From positions 1 to 60,303 of the forward strand of contig JAQBUE010000004.1 of the NCBI GenBank assembly GCA_027624045.1: a DNA stretch of 60,303 bases, written 5' to 3'. The position numbers were made by a program, and so were the translations under genes. Shown here one piece after another: positions 28,651 to 37,247 of this stretch. Positions within the stretch are counted from its first letter, which is position 1, and each line of letters opens with the position of its first letter. A model generated the notes under the pieces. That model did no database searches, was not told the origin of the DNA, and worked only from the letters and a program-made list of their open reading frames with translations. The DNA comes from Acidobacteriota bacterium. GTDB taxonomy: Bacteria > Acidobacteriota > Terriglobia > Bryobacterales > UBA6623.

Positions 28651-29457
28651 ATGAGAATACTGGCTTGCGTGCTCCTGCTCGCCGCGCCGCTGGCGGCCCA
28701 GCATGGGCTTTACGAAGGCGAATCGAAGAATCCGGCGATTGGTGACCCCAAGGCGATCGCGGTGGGCGAAAAGCTTTACATGCGATCGTGCGCGGGCTGT
28801 CACGGGCCGGACGGCAGTGGCGGGCGCGGGCCGAATCTGGTGCGGCGGCCGATGTGGCATCCGCTGACGGACGAGAAGATTTTTTCCTTGATCCGCAACG
28901 GCCTGCCCGGCGCGGACATGCCGGCGACGAATCTTACCGACGACGAAACGTGGAATCTGGTGGCGTTCATCCATGCGCTGATTGGCCCAGCGGCTGACAA
29001 TCCCGCGGCGGGTGACGGTGCGGCCGGCGAGAAAGTTTTCTGGAGCGAGAAGACGGGCTGCGCGAACTGTCACGCGATTCATGGCAAGGGCGGGCGTTTG
29101 GGACCGGACCTGACGAATATCGGCGGGCTGCGTCCCCTGGCCTTGATCAAGGAGTCGGTGCTTAAACCGTCCGAAGGGCTTTATTTCCTCGGGAATGAAG
29201 CTGTGGCGGTAAAGCTCAAGAACGGCGAAACGATTCGCGGCGTGGCCCGCAACCGCGACAACTATTCGTTGCAGGTGATTGACCGGCAGGGCAAGCTGCA
29301 TCTGATATCAATGCGCGACGTGACAGAGCTTGAGATCCGCGAGGGTTCGCCGATGCCGGGGGATTATGGCAAGCGGCTGTCGGAGGCGGAACTGGAGAAT
29401 CTGTTCGCGTTCTTGGCGCGTCAGAGCCTGCGCAAGGGCGAAGAGGAGAGCAAATGA
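28651..29457 (+). CDS. Diheme cytochrome c
   Basis: Signal peptide; CAGCH and CANCH heme motifs; GPDLT. Confidence 0.9.
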   Translation: MRILACVLLLAAPLAAQHGLYEGESKNPAIGDPKAIAVGEKLYMRSCAGCHGPDGSGGRGPNLVRRPMWHPLTDEKIFSLIRNGLPGADMPATNLTDDETWNLVAFIHALIGPAADNPAAGDGAAGEKVFWSEKTGCANCHAIHGKGGRLGPDLTNIGGLRPLALIKESVLKPSEGLYFLGNEAVAVKLKNGETIRGVARNRDNYSLQVIDRQGKLHLISMRDVTELEIREGSPMPGDYGKRLSEAELENLFAFLARQSLRKGEEESK

Positions 29458-31064
29458 TGCGGCGTCGTTGGTTGGTGTTGGCTCTCTCGTTGTCGAGCGT
29501 GGCAGCGGCGCAGGTACGCCCGCAAGATATTCTCAAAAGCCCGGGCAAGGATTGGCTGACTTACGCCGGCAGCTACAACGGCTGGCGGCATAGCCCGCTC
29601 AAGCAGATCACGCCAGAGAACGCCGGATCACTTGTTCCCAAGTGGGTGTACCGCGTGCCGAACTCGGTACGGCTTCAGACTTCACCGGTCGTCTACGACG
29701 GCGTGATGTATGTCACGAACACCAACGCGATGTATGCGCTGGACGCGAGCACCGGACGGCTGATCTGGAGCTATGCCGACGGGCGAGCGGAACAATCGGG
29801 TCCGAACCGCGGGCCGGCGATCATGGGCGACCGTGTGTATTTCGTGACGAGCGATAACTACCTGACGGCGCTCGACCGGCAGTCCGGTGTTGTCATCTTC
29901 AGCAAGAAATACGCCAGCGTGGAGGACGGCGTGACATCCACCTCGGCGCCGCTGGCGGTGAAGGACAAGGTGATCGTCGGCAGCGCCGGCGGCGATAGCG
30001 GGATGCGCGGCTTCATCGCGGCGCTGTCGGCCGATACGGGCGAGGAGCTTTGGCGCACTTACACCATTCCGGCGAAGGGCGAGCCGGGCTCTGAAACCTG
30101 GGGCGATCTGATCGAGTGGGGCGGCGGTGCGGCCTGGCTCTCGGGCACCTATGACGCCGAGTCGAACACGCTCTACTGGACGACGGGCAACCCCTGGCCG
30201 GACTTCAACGCCGCGGTGAGGCCGGGCGACAACCTCTATTCGTGCTCACTGCTGGCGCTTGATCTCGATACCGGCAAGATGAAATGGTACTTCCAGTTCA
30301 CGCCACACGACACGCACGATTGGGATGCACAAAGCTGGCCCGTGCTGCTCGACATGGAGTGGGAGGGCCGCCAGAGAAAAGTGGTGCTGCACGCGAACCG
30401 TAACGGATTTTTCTATGTGCTCGACCGGGTGACGGGGGAGTTTCTGCGGGCGACGCAGTTGACCGATAGCGTGAACTGGGCGAGCGGGATCGGCAAGGAC
30501 GGGCGGCCGATTCTGATCCCGGATACGGACCCGACGCTGGAAGGCAAATGGGTGTGCCCGAGCGTAAAAGGCGCGACGAACTGGATGGGGCAGACGTATC
30601 ATCCCCAAACCGGGCTGCTGTATGTGCTGACACTCGAGCAGTGCGGCTGGTTCAATTTGTCAGAACAAGACCCGGAGCCGATGAAGAACTTTCCCGGCGG
30701 CGGCGCAACGGAAGAAGGCGGGCAGGTGATTCTGCGGGCGATCGATCCCAAGACCGGCAAGCGGGCCTGGGAGTATCCGATGACGGGCTTCGGGCGTATG
30801 TGGACCGGTACGGTGTCGACGGCGACCGGGGTGCTGTTTTCAGGCGACGACGACGGGCAATTGGTGGCGCTGGACGCGAAGACCGGAAGCCATCTGTGGA
30901 ACTTCAACATGGGCGAATTGTCGACGGCCTCGCCGGTGATTTACGAGGCGGGCGGCAAGCAGCATGTGGCGATTGCGTCGGCCACGGCGGTGTTCGCTTT
31001 TGGGTTGTTCGAACCGATGGAGCCTTTGGAGTTGCCGAAGGTGACTACCCGGAAGACGGAGTAA
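29454..31064 (+). CDS. PQQ-dependent dehydrogenase-like beta-propeller protein
   Basis: DWLTYAG, ALDA.TG..W repeats, GNPWP, PGDNLY, QFTPHDTHDWD, NRNGFFY; ATGA overlap with the cytochrome gene. Confidence 0.9.
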   Translation: MMRRRWLVLALSLSSVAAAQVRPQDILKSPGKDWLTYAGSYNGWRHSPLKQITPENAGSLVPKWVYRVPNSVRLQTSPVVYDGVMYVTNTNAMYALDASTGRLIWSYADGRAEQSGPNRGPAIMGDRVYFVTSDNYLTALDRQSGVVIFSKKYASVEDGVTSTSAPLAVKDKVIVGSAGGDSGMRGFIAALSADTGEELWRTYTIPAKGEPGSETWGDLIEWGGGAAWLSGTYDAESNTLYWTTGNPWPDFNAAVRPGDNLYSCSLLALDLDTGKMKWYFQFTPHDTHDWDAQSWPVLLDMEWEGRQRKVVLHANRNGFFYVLDRVTGEFLRATQLTDSVNWASGIGKDGRPILIPDTDPTLEGKWVCPSVKGATNWMGQTYHPQTGLLYVLTLEQCGWFNLSEQDPEPMKNFPGGGATEEGGQVILRAIDPKTGKRAWEYPMTGFGRMWTGTVSTATGVLFSGDDDGQLVALDAKTGSHLWNFNMGELSTASPVIYEAGGKQHVAIASATAVFAFGLFEPMEPLELPKVTTRKTE

Positions 31065-31082
31065 GAAACCCGGCTTGGCTCC

Positions 31083-31526
31083 CTAATACGTGCCCGGCCA
31101 GACCCCCGGCGTTACGAGTTCGAGCAAATGAGCGTCGGGGTCTCGGAAATAGATGCTGCGGCCGGAGGTGCGGGGAACGCGGCCCTCCCAAGGCACTTTG
31201 GCCCAATCGACGCGGCTTTCGATTTCGACGCCGCGTTCGCGGAGTTGATCTTCCCAGCGGTCAAGCTCGGCTTCGCTCACGCTGAAGGCCACATGCATCT
31301 GCCCACCAGCGTCGGCGGGCGGAATCGTGCCGCCGGAAGTTTCGAGCGATTCGAGCGACCCGCCCTTTTGGAAGAGCAGCAAGACATGGCGTGAGCTTAC
31401 GCTCATCGCGACAATTCTTGGATTGGACAGTATCGTGTCCAGGCCGAGGACGTCTCGATAGAACCGCTCGGAGCGGAGCGGATCTTCCACGTAAAGAGAG
31501 GTTTCGATCAAGGTTTCAAGTTGCAT
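31083..31526 (-). CDS. VOC (glyoxalase/bleomycin resistance) family protein
   Basis: ETSLYV.D...FY.DVLG, HVAF, SIYFRDPD..LLEL. Confidence 0.9.
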   Translation of the reverse strand: MQLETLIETSLYVEDPLRSERFYRDVLGLDTILSNPRIVAMSVSSRHVLLLFQKGGSLESLETSGGTIPPADAGGQMHVAFSVSEAELDRWEDQLRERGVEIESRVDWAKVPWEGRVPRTSGRSIYFRDPDAHLLELVTPGVWPGTY

Positions 31527-31922
31527 GACCTGGCTGCGAAAAGGGGTTTGTGAACGGGTTGCAGCCGCAGGGTAGCATCGCGGCACTTGCTTGGCCAGCG
31601 ACATCGCGCGCCGTAGCAGTTGGCGTGCCGGATGCGAACGAGAGTGCGCCGGCCACCGCGGGGCGGGTGCGGGGTCCGGCGTCCCGGAGCGCCATAAGGC
31701 CGTGAGACCGCTTGACGCCCAGACCAAAACAAGGGGCTAATGATTCCGGCCGTTTAGTCGATAACATCACTGAGAGACCGTTTAGGGGTCGCGCTCCCGT
31801 GTCGAGAGGGGCCGCTATACGATTCAAAAGAGAAAAGTTAGACCTCGGGTCCGCATCAGGGAAGCGATGAGCAACGGGACGCGCCGCCCTGCTTCCATGT
31901 CCTTGGGCCCCTGGACCAACCG

Positions 31923-33119
31923 GTGAGTATGAATTCTGAGAATACAGAGTCGAAACAGGAACAATCAGCGGAACGACCCATCGATATCACTCAGGGCGCT
32001 CACGGACTCTTCCGCGCAGCGGTCGAGGCAGCACCCAACGGCATGATAGCCGTCGATGAAGACGGCAAGATCGTGCTCGCCAATCGCCAAATCGAGGCTA
32101 TGTTCGGCTACCGGCAGGAAGAGCTATTAGGTCAACCGATCGAATGCCTCGTTCCGGCCAGGTTTCGGGAACGGCATCTCGGCCATCGCAAGGAGTTCCG
32201 TAAAAAGAGCGAAACCCGGCCGATGGGGTTGGGGAACCAACTATTCGGGCGGCGCAAGGATGGAACGGAGTTTCCGGTCGAAATCGGCCTGAACCCGATC
32301 GATGCGCTGGGAGGCGGAGTCGTGCTGGCCTCCCTCATGGATATCAGCGCGCGCGCCGCGGCGGCGGCCAAGCTTGAGAAAACTGTCAATGATCTTGCCG
32401 CCGCCCACGAGCAAGCCGTCAATCACCTCGCCGCCGCCAACGCCGAACTCGAGGAGTTCTCTACCGTCGCCTCACACGATCTGCAAGAGCCCATTCGTAA
32501 CCTGCTTTCCTACGTGGCCTTGCTGGAGGAAGATCTGCCTTCGGGTCTGCCGCCCGACGCCGCGCAGGATCTTAAATACATCAAGCAGTCCGCTTCGCGG
32601 ATGCAGGAGTTGGTGCAGGACCTATTGACTCTGTCGCGAGTCGGGCGCCGGGAGCTGCAAATTACGGACGTTTCGCTGGAGGAGTGCGTGCGAGAGTCGT
32701 TGGCGGCTCTCGACGTCGCTCTGCGCGAAAGCGGCGCGCAATGCGAATCATCGGGCCTGCCGAGCGTTCGAGGCGACCGGCGGATGTTGACGCAGCTTTA
32801 TCAAAACCTGATCAGCAACGCCAACAAGTTCCGTGCAAAGGGGATGACGCCGAAGATCCAGCTCACGGCCGAACGCGGACAGGGGGGTGAGTGAGTATGC
32901 GGGGTTCGGGACAACGGCATTGGGATTCCGGCCGAGTACGCGGAGCATATTTTCTCTCCCTTCAAGCGGCTGCATGGCCGCGGCGAGTATCAGGGCAGCG
33001 GCGTGGGGCTCGCTATTTGCCGCCGAGCTATTGAGCGGCATAGGGGCCGTATCTGGGTCGAGCCCCCGGAGGGAGAAGGCGCTCACTTGCGGTTCACGCT
33101 TCCCGCGGGCCCGGCATGA
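31923..33119 (+). pseudogene. PAS-domain sensor histidine kinase interrupted by an in-frame TGA (32892-32894)
   Basis: PAS, SHDLQEP H-box and N-box precede the stop; the same frame continues VCGVRDNGIGI..FKRLH..GSGVGLAIC to TGA at 33117-33119. Confidence 0.85.
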
Positions 33120-33592
33120 CGGAGTTCCCTGAGCGAATGACGAGAACAGGCGCAGTCCATACAATTCTGGTTGCCGAGGACAATGCGGCGGATCGCGGTC
33201 TCTACCGGCGGATCGCCGCGGAAGAAGGTGGCGGGTTTGATCTCCGGTTGGTGGAGGACGGAGAAGAAGCGCTGGACTATCTGGAGGGTCGCGGCAAGTA
33301 CTCGGACCCGGCCAGCCGGCCCTGCCCCAACCTGCTTCTGCTGGATATCAATATGCCGCGACGCGACGGATGGGCCGTCCTTGAGAAGGTCAAGACAACC
33401 CCGCGATTGAAGACGATCCCCACCGTGATGCTCAGCGGATCGGACCGGCCCGAGGATATCAATCGCGGCTACCAGCTCGGGTGCAGCTCGTACGTCAAGA
33501 AGCCCTCTGAACTCAACGAGTTTCGGAAAACTTTGCACTGTCTAACGACGTATTGGCTCACGTGTGTGCGTTTGCCCGATGACGCCTACTAG
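33116..33592 (+). CDS. Single-domain response regulator (Rcp1-like)
   Basis: LVAEDN, LLDINMP, LSGS, YVKKP. Confidence 0.92.
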   Translation: MTEFPERMTRTGAVHTILVAEDNAADRGLYRRIAAEEGGGFDLRLVEDGEEALDYLEGRGKYSDPASRPCPNLLLLDINMPRRDGWAVLEKVKTTPRLKTIPTVMLSGSDRPEDINRGYQLGCSSYVKKPSELNEFRKTLHCLTTYWLTCVRLPDDAY

Positions 33593-35099
33593 CCAAAGAG
33601 AGCGCCTGCCGCGAAAGAAAATGCGGATCGTCGTGATTGACGATAACCCGGCCGACGCCGGCATTCTGCGCCGGAACCTCGACAAGATCGACTCCTTCGA
33701 CATTCACCTCGCGCACTACCTTGATGGCGTGGAGGGCCGCGATGCCGTGCTCCGCGCCGGCGCTGACTGCCTGCTGCTCGACCACGAACTGGGCGTCCCC
33801 AACGGGATGGAGATACTGACACAGATCCGGCAGGCCGGGTGCGACGTACCGGTGATCGCCGTGACCGAGCGTGGCGACGAAGCGATCGCCGCGGAAACAT
33901 TCCGGCGGGGCGCGCAGGAATACCTCGTCAAGTCCCACATCGATCCGGTGGTGCTGGAAGATACGATTCGCAGTGCCATCGACAAAGTTGCCGACGAACG
34001 GCGGCGCCGCGACAAAGAGCAGGAACTCGAGAGCTTCGTTTCGATCGTCGCCCACGATCTGCAGCAGCCGCTGTGCGCGATCAAGGGCAATCTGGATCTG
34101 CTCCGTGACTTCTATGGCGAACAGTTGGGCAAAGAAGGGCAGAAATTCGTGGCGTCGGCCGTACGCATGTCGTCGCGCATGTCGGAGATGATCGAGGGTC
34201 TGCTCAGCTATTCGCGCGTCGGCCGCGGCCAGGCCGCGATGGGCCCGGTGAACCTCCAGCAGTGTCTTCGCGGTGTACTCGCCGCGCTCGGCCCGGCGAT
34301 CAAGGAGACGAACGCGGAAATCCATGCCGGAAAATTGCCCACGGTCTGGGGAGACGGATTGTCGCTCAGCCAGTTGCTGCAAAATCTGCTGATGAACGCC
34401 CTGAAGTTTCATTCCGAACGCACCACCGTGGTAGAAATCGGGGCCCAGCGGGAATCAACCGCATGGCATGTGTGGGTCAAGGACAACGGAGTCGGCATTG
34501 ACAGCAAGCATCACGAAGCGATCTTTGCCCCCTTCACCAGAGTCGACGCAAGGAATGGACCGAAAGGGTCAGGCATCGGGCTGGCCACCTGCAAGAAAAT
34601 CATCGAACAACATTGGGGCCGGATCTGGATCGAATCCAGCGTCGGCGCCGGAGCAACCTTTCATTTCCTGCTCCGCGCGGCCGACGACGAAACGGCGCCA
34701 CGGCCCAAGCAGGCGCAGGGACGCGTTCTCGTCGTCGAGGATGAGCGGCCGATTCGTGAGCTACTCGAGGAAGGCCTCGGACACTACGGCTATGAGGTGG
34801 TGGGAGCGGCCGGGCTTGGCAAGACACTTCAACTCGCGGCGGAGAATCGCTTCGATGTCGTCATCACCGACCTCGTGCTGCCCGACGGGACGGGCCTGGA
34901 CGTGATCCGCGTCATCCGTGACCGCCACCCCCACGCCAGAATCATCGCTGTCTCTGGCGGCGGCGATGATCTCACCCCAGGCCCCCTTCTCCGCGAAGCC
35001 AAGCTTCTCGGCGCCGAGAAGCTCTTCCTGAAACCGTTCCACTTGATCGATATCGCCTCGGCTGTCGGCGAATTGATGCGCGAAAGCGTGGCTCATTGA
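33579..35099 (+). CDS. Hybrid REC-HisKA-HATPase-REC sensor kinase
   Basis: IDDN/LLD/YLVK; AHDLQQP; DNGVGI, GSGIGL; C-terminal VVEDE/ITDLVLP/LKPF. Start may instead be 33621. Confidence 0.9.
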   Translation: MTPTSQRERLPRKKMRIVVIDDNPADAGILRRNLDKIDSFDIHLAHYLDGVEGRDAVLRAGADCLLLDHELGVPNGMEILTQIRQAGCDVPVIAVTERGDEAIAAETFRRGAQEYLVKSHIDPVVLEDTIRSAIDKVADERRRRDKEQELESFVSIVAHDLQQPLCAIKGNLDLLRDFYGEQLGKEGQKFVASAVRMSSRMSEMIEGLLSYSRVGRGQAAMGPVNLQQCLRGVLAALGPAIKETNAEIHAGKLPTVWGDGLSLSQLLQNLLMNALKFHSERTTVVEIGAQRESTAWHVWVKDNGVGIDSKHHEAIFAPFTRVDARNGPKGSGIGLATCKKIIEQHWGRIWIESSVGAGATFHFLLRAADDETAPRPKQAQGRVLVVEDERPIRELLEEGLGHYGYEVVGAAGLGKTLQLAAENRFDVVITDLVLPDGTGLDVIRVIRDRHPHARIIAVSGGGDDLTPGPLLREAKLLGAEKLFLKPFHLIDIASAVGELMRESVAH

Positions 35100-35148
35100 A
35101 AACCGACGCCGGCTTTCGATGCAGTAACAAGCAGGGGTGAGCGGGCGG

Positions 35149-37179
35149 TCACTTCTTCTTCATGTAGTAGTCCCACTGCTCAGCGGCTTGGTCGACGATG
35201 CCGGGGATATCGCGGGAAAGGACGTAGCGGTTCTCCGCCAGCCTGCCCGAGGATTTCGTGATCTTTTCAAGATACGCGTCGCGGTTTTCATAGCGCTCTT
35301 CCATGGAAGGCCGCGGGTCGCCTGTTTTCTTGCGGTCGTCGGCCGACTTGGGAAACGCGACGTACGAGCCACGCATGCTGAAAAGTTCCTTCGGCGCGCC
35401 GATCTCAGCGGCGCGCAGGTTCCATCCCATATAGCTGGCGAGCGGGACCTCAATCACCGGCAACACGATGCCGGAGGTTTCGTTGCCGTCGTCGTTCACT
35501 TGCGGGACGAACATGCGGAATTCCTTGCCGACTTTGGGCGGCTCGATGGTGACGATTCCCTTCGACAAGAAGTCGGGACCGTAGTCGACGCGGTAGCCGT
35601 GGTGCATGCGCTTCGGAATCTCAACGCCAGGGATTTTCGGAAAGCGCATCTCGGCGAGCGGCACGAGTTGGTGATTGGACATGCGCGGGTATTGCGACGG
35701 CGGCGGCTCGGCTTTGCCGGCGACCCAGTCGTTGAGAGCGAGCAGCAGAGCGCGCATGCCCCAGCGATAGTCGTTGGCGTTGGCGGGGTTCTGCGCGCCG
35801 CCGCTGCTGGGCGGGAAGCTGCCGGCTCCGTGCTGCGCGCCCGCGAACATGTAGATGCGGGTGCCGTTGTGGATAGGCGCGTCGCCCTCGCCGTCGGGCG
35901 TAGTGTGAATCAGCGACGCCGAACGCCCGTAATATTCGTAGGAGGAGTTGCTATAGAAGATCTTCGGCGCGACGGCTTGCTCGATCGTCCGCGAGAGGAT
36001 GCCTTCCTTGCGGCCGGTTTCGGGGTCTTCAATCGCGATGTCGTTGAACGGGTAGATATCGGTGGGATAGAGGAAGTTGAAGTGCGGGCGGGCGTCGCGC
36101 GAGGGTTGCGCGAAGCGATGGTTGAAGCTGCCACGTCCGCCGCCGGCGACGTGCGGCCACAGGCCGTCGAAGGACTTTCGTCCGTGCTCGTCTTTATTGA
36201 ATCCGAAGTAGAGGAAGGTGCGCAGAAAACGCCCGCTTTGGGAGGAGCCGAAGCCAATGGTCCTTTCGATGCCGCGGTGGTAACCGGCGAGCGAGCCGCT
36301 ATAGCCTTCGCCGCCGCCGTACTTGAGGAACGACATCAGGTCGCGGGTGGCGGCGAGGCCGAGTCCGACGAGCTTCGGGTCTTGGGCACGGTAGACGATC
36401 TCGTAGATCTTGCCCGGGACGAGACCCTTCTTGACGTAAACGTGCGTGCGGTTGGGGACCGGGTGGCCGTCTTTCTCGGCGGCGAAGAGCCATTCATCGC
36501 GCGGGATGACTTTGCGCGGGGCGTCGATGCGATCACGCACAGTGAGACGGATTTCGGGGTCGTCGGGGTCGCGCACGGGATACGGGATGTGGGTGCGGTC
36601 GGCGAGGTGGAAGCTGTGTATCGGCTCGTCGGGCACGAAGTCGGAGCGGACGAGACCGACGATGGGCTTGTCGCCGTCGCGGGCGGTGGGCGCGAAGAAT
36701 TGCATCAGGCCGGGCTCAGGCGGGACGTCATATTGCCAGCCCATCCAGGCCATGGTGAAGCCTTCGCTCAGCATGAGTTCGTCGCCGAAGTGAGCCTCTT
36801 CTCGCGGGTCGTTCGAGCCGGAGCCGAGGTTGAATTTGTTGAGGGCGCCCTTGCGGCCGCGGTTGACGACTTCATAGAAGACCGTGCCGTTGCCCTTGGC
36901 GGGATCGCGCGGGACGAGCAGATCAAGGTCGGCGGAGAACTCGACACGGCCACGGCTATTGAGCGGCGCGTAGTCAATGTCAGAGACACGGCGGTTGGCG
37001 TCGCTCTTCGGATCGACCTCGAAATAGACTTTGCCAACGAGGCGGTCGTAAGGGCCGGTCTTGCCGAAGGATTTGCCGTTGAGGACGGGCATGGTTTCGG
37101 TGATTTCAATACGGACGACCTCGGCGCCGGCGAGGCTAAGCGACAGGGCGGCGGCAAGAAGAATCCGTTTGAAGGGCAT
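35149..37179 (-). CDS. Secreted alpha/beta hydrolase domain protein
   Basis: Signal peptide; YEVVNRG, GWQ.D, G.SQSGRFL nucleophile elbow, D.DGNE. Confidence 0.82.
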   Translation of the reverse strand: MPFKRILLAAALSLSLAGAEVVRIEITETMPVLNGKSFGKTGPYDRLVGKVYFEVDPKSDANRRVSDIDYAPLNSRGRVEFSADLDLLVPRDPAKGNGTVFYEVVNRGRKGALNKFNLGSGSNDPREEAHFGDELMLSEGFTMAWMGWQYDVPPEPGLMQFFAPTARDGDKPIVGLVRSDFVPDEPIHSFHLADRTHIPYPVRDPDDPEIRLTVRDRIDAPRKVIPRDEWLFAAEKDGHPVPNRTHVYVKKGLVPGKIYEIVYRAQDPKLVGLGLAATRDLMSFLKYGGGEGYSGSLAGYHRGIERTIGFGSSQSGRFLRTFLYFGFNKDEHGRKSFDGLWPHVAGGGRGSFNHRFAQPSRDARPHFNFLYPTDIYPFNDIAIEDPETGRKEGILSRTIEQAVAPKIFYSNSSYEYYGRSASLIHTTPDGEGDAPIHNGTRIYMFAGAQHGAGSFPPSSGGAQNPANANDYRWGMRALLLALNDWVAGKAEPPPSQYPRMSNHQLVPLAEMRFPKIPGVEIPKRMHHGYRVDYGPDFLSKGIVTIEPPKVGKEFRMFVPQVNDDGNETSGIVLPVIEVPLASYMGWNLRAAEIGAPKELFSMRGSYVAFPKSADDRKKTGDPRPSMEERYENRDAYLEKITKSSGRLAENRYVLSRDIPGIVDQAAEQWDYYMKKK

Positions 37180-37247
37180 GAGTTGGTAATCCTCAGAGGG
37201 AGGAAGTATACGACGAAACGGGCGTGCCTATATTACACCTTCGCCGG

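Noticed and set aside
31414-31428. TTCTTGGATTGGACA resembling the terminal IS-like motif
   Set aside because: Lies inside the intact VOC coding sequence; most likely chance.
32892-32894. TGA recoding (Trp or selenocysteine)
   Set aside because: TGA is a normal stop in many genes here and Trp is TGG elsewhere; the expected residue is Trp rather than Cys.
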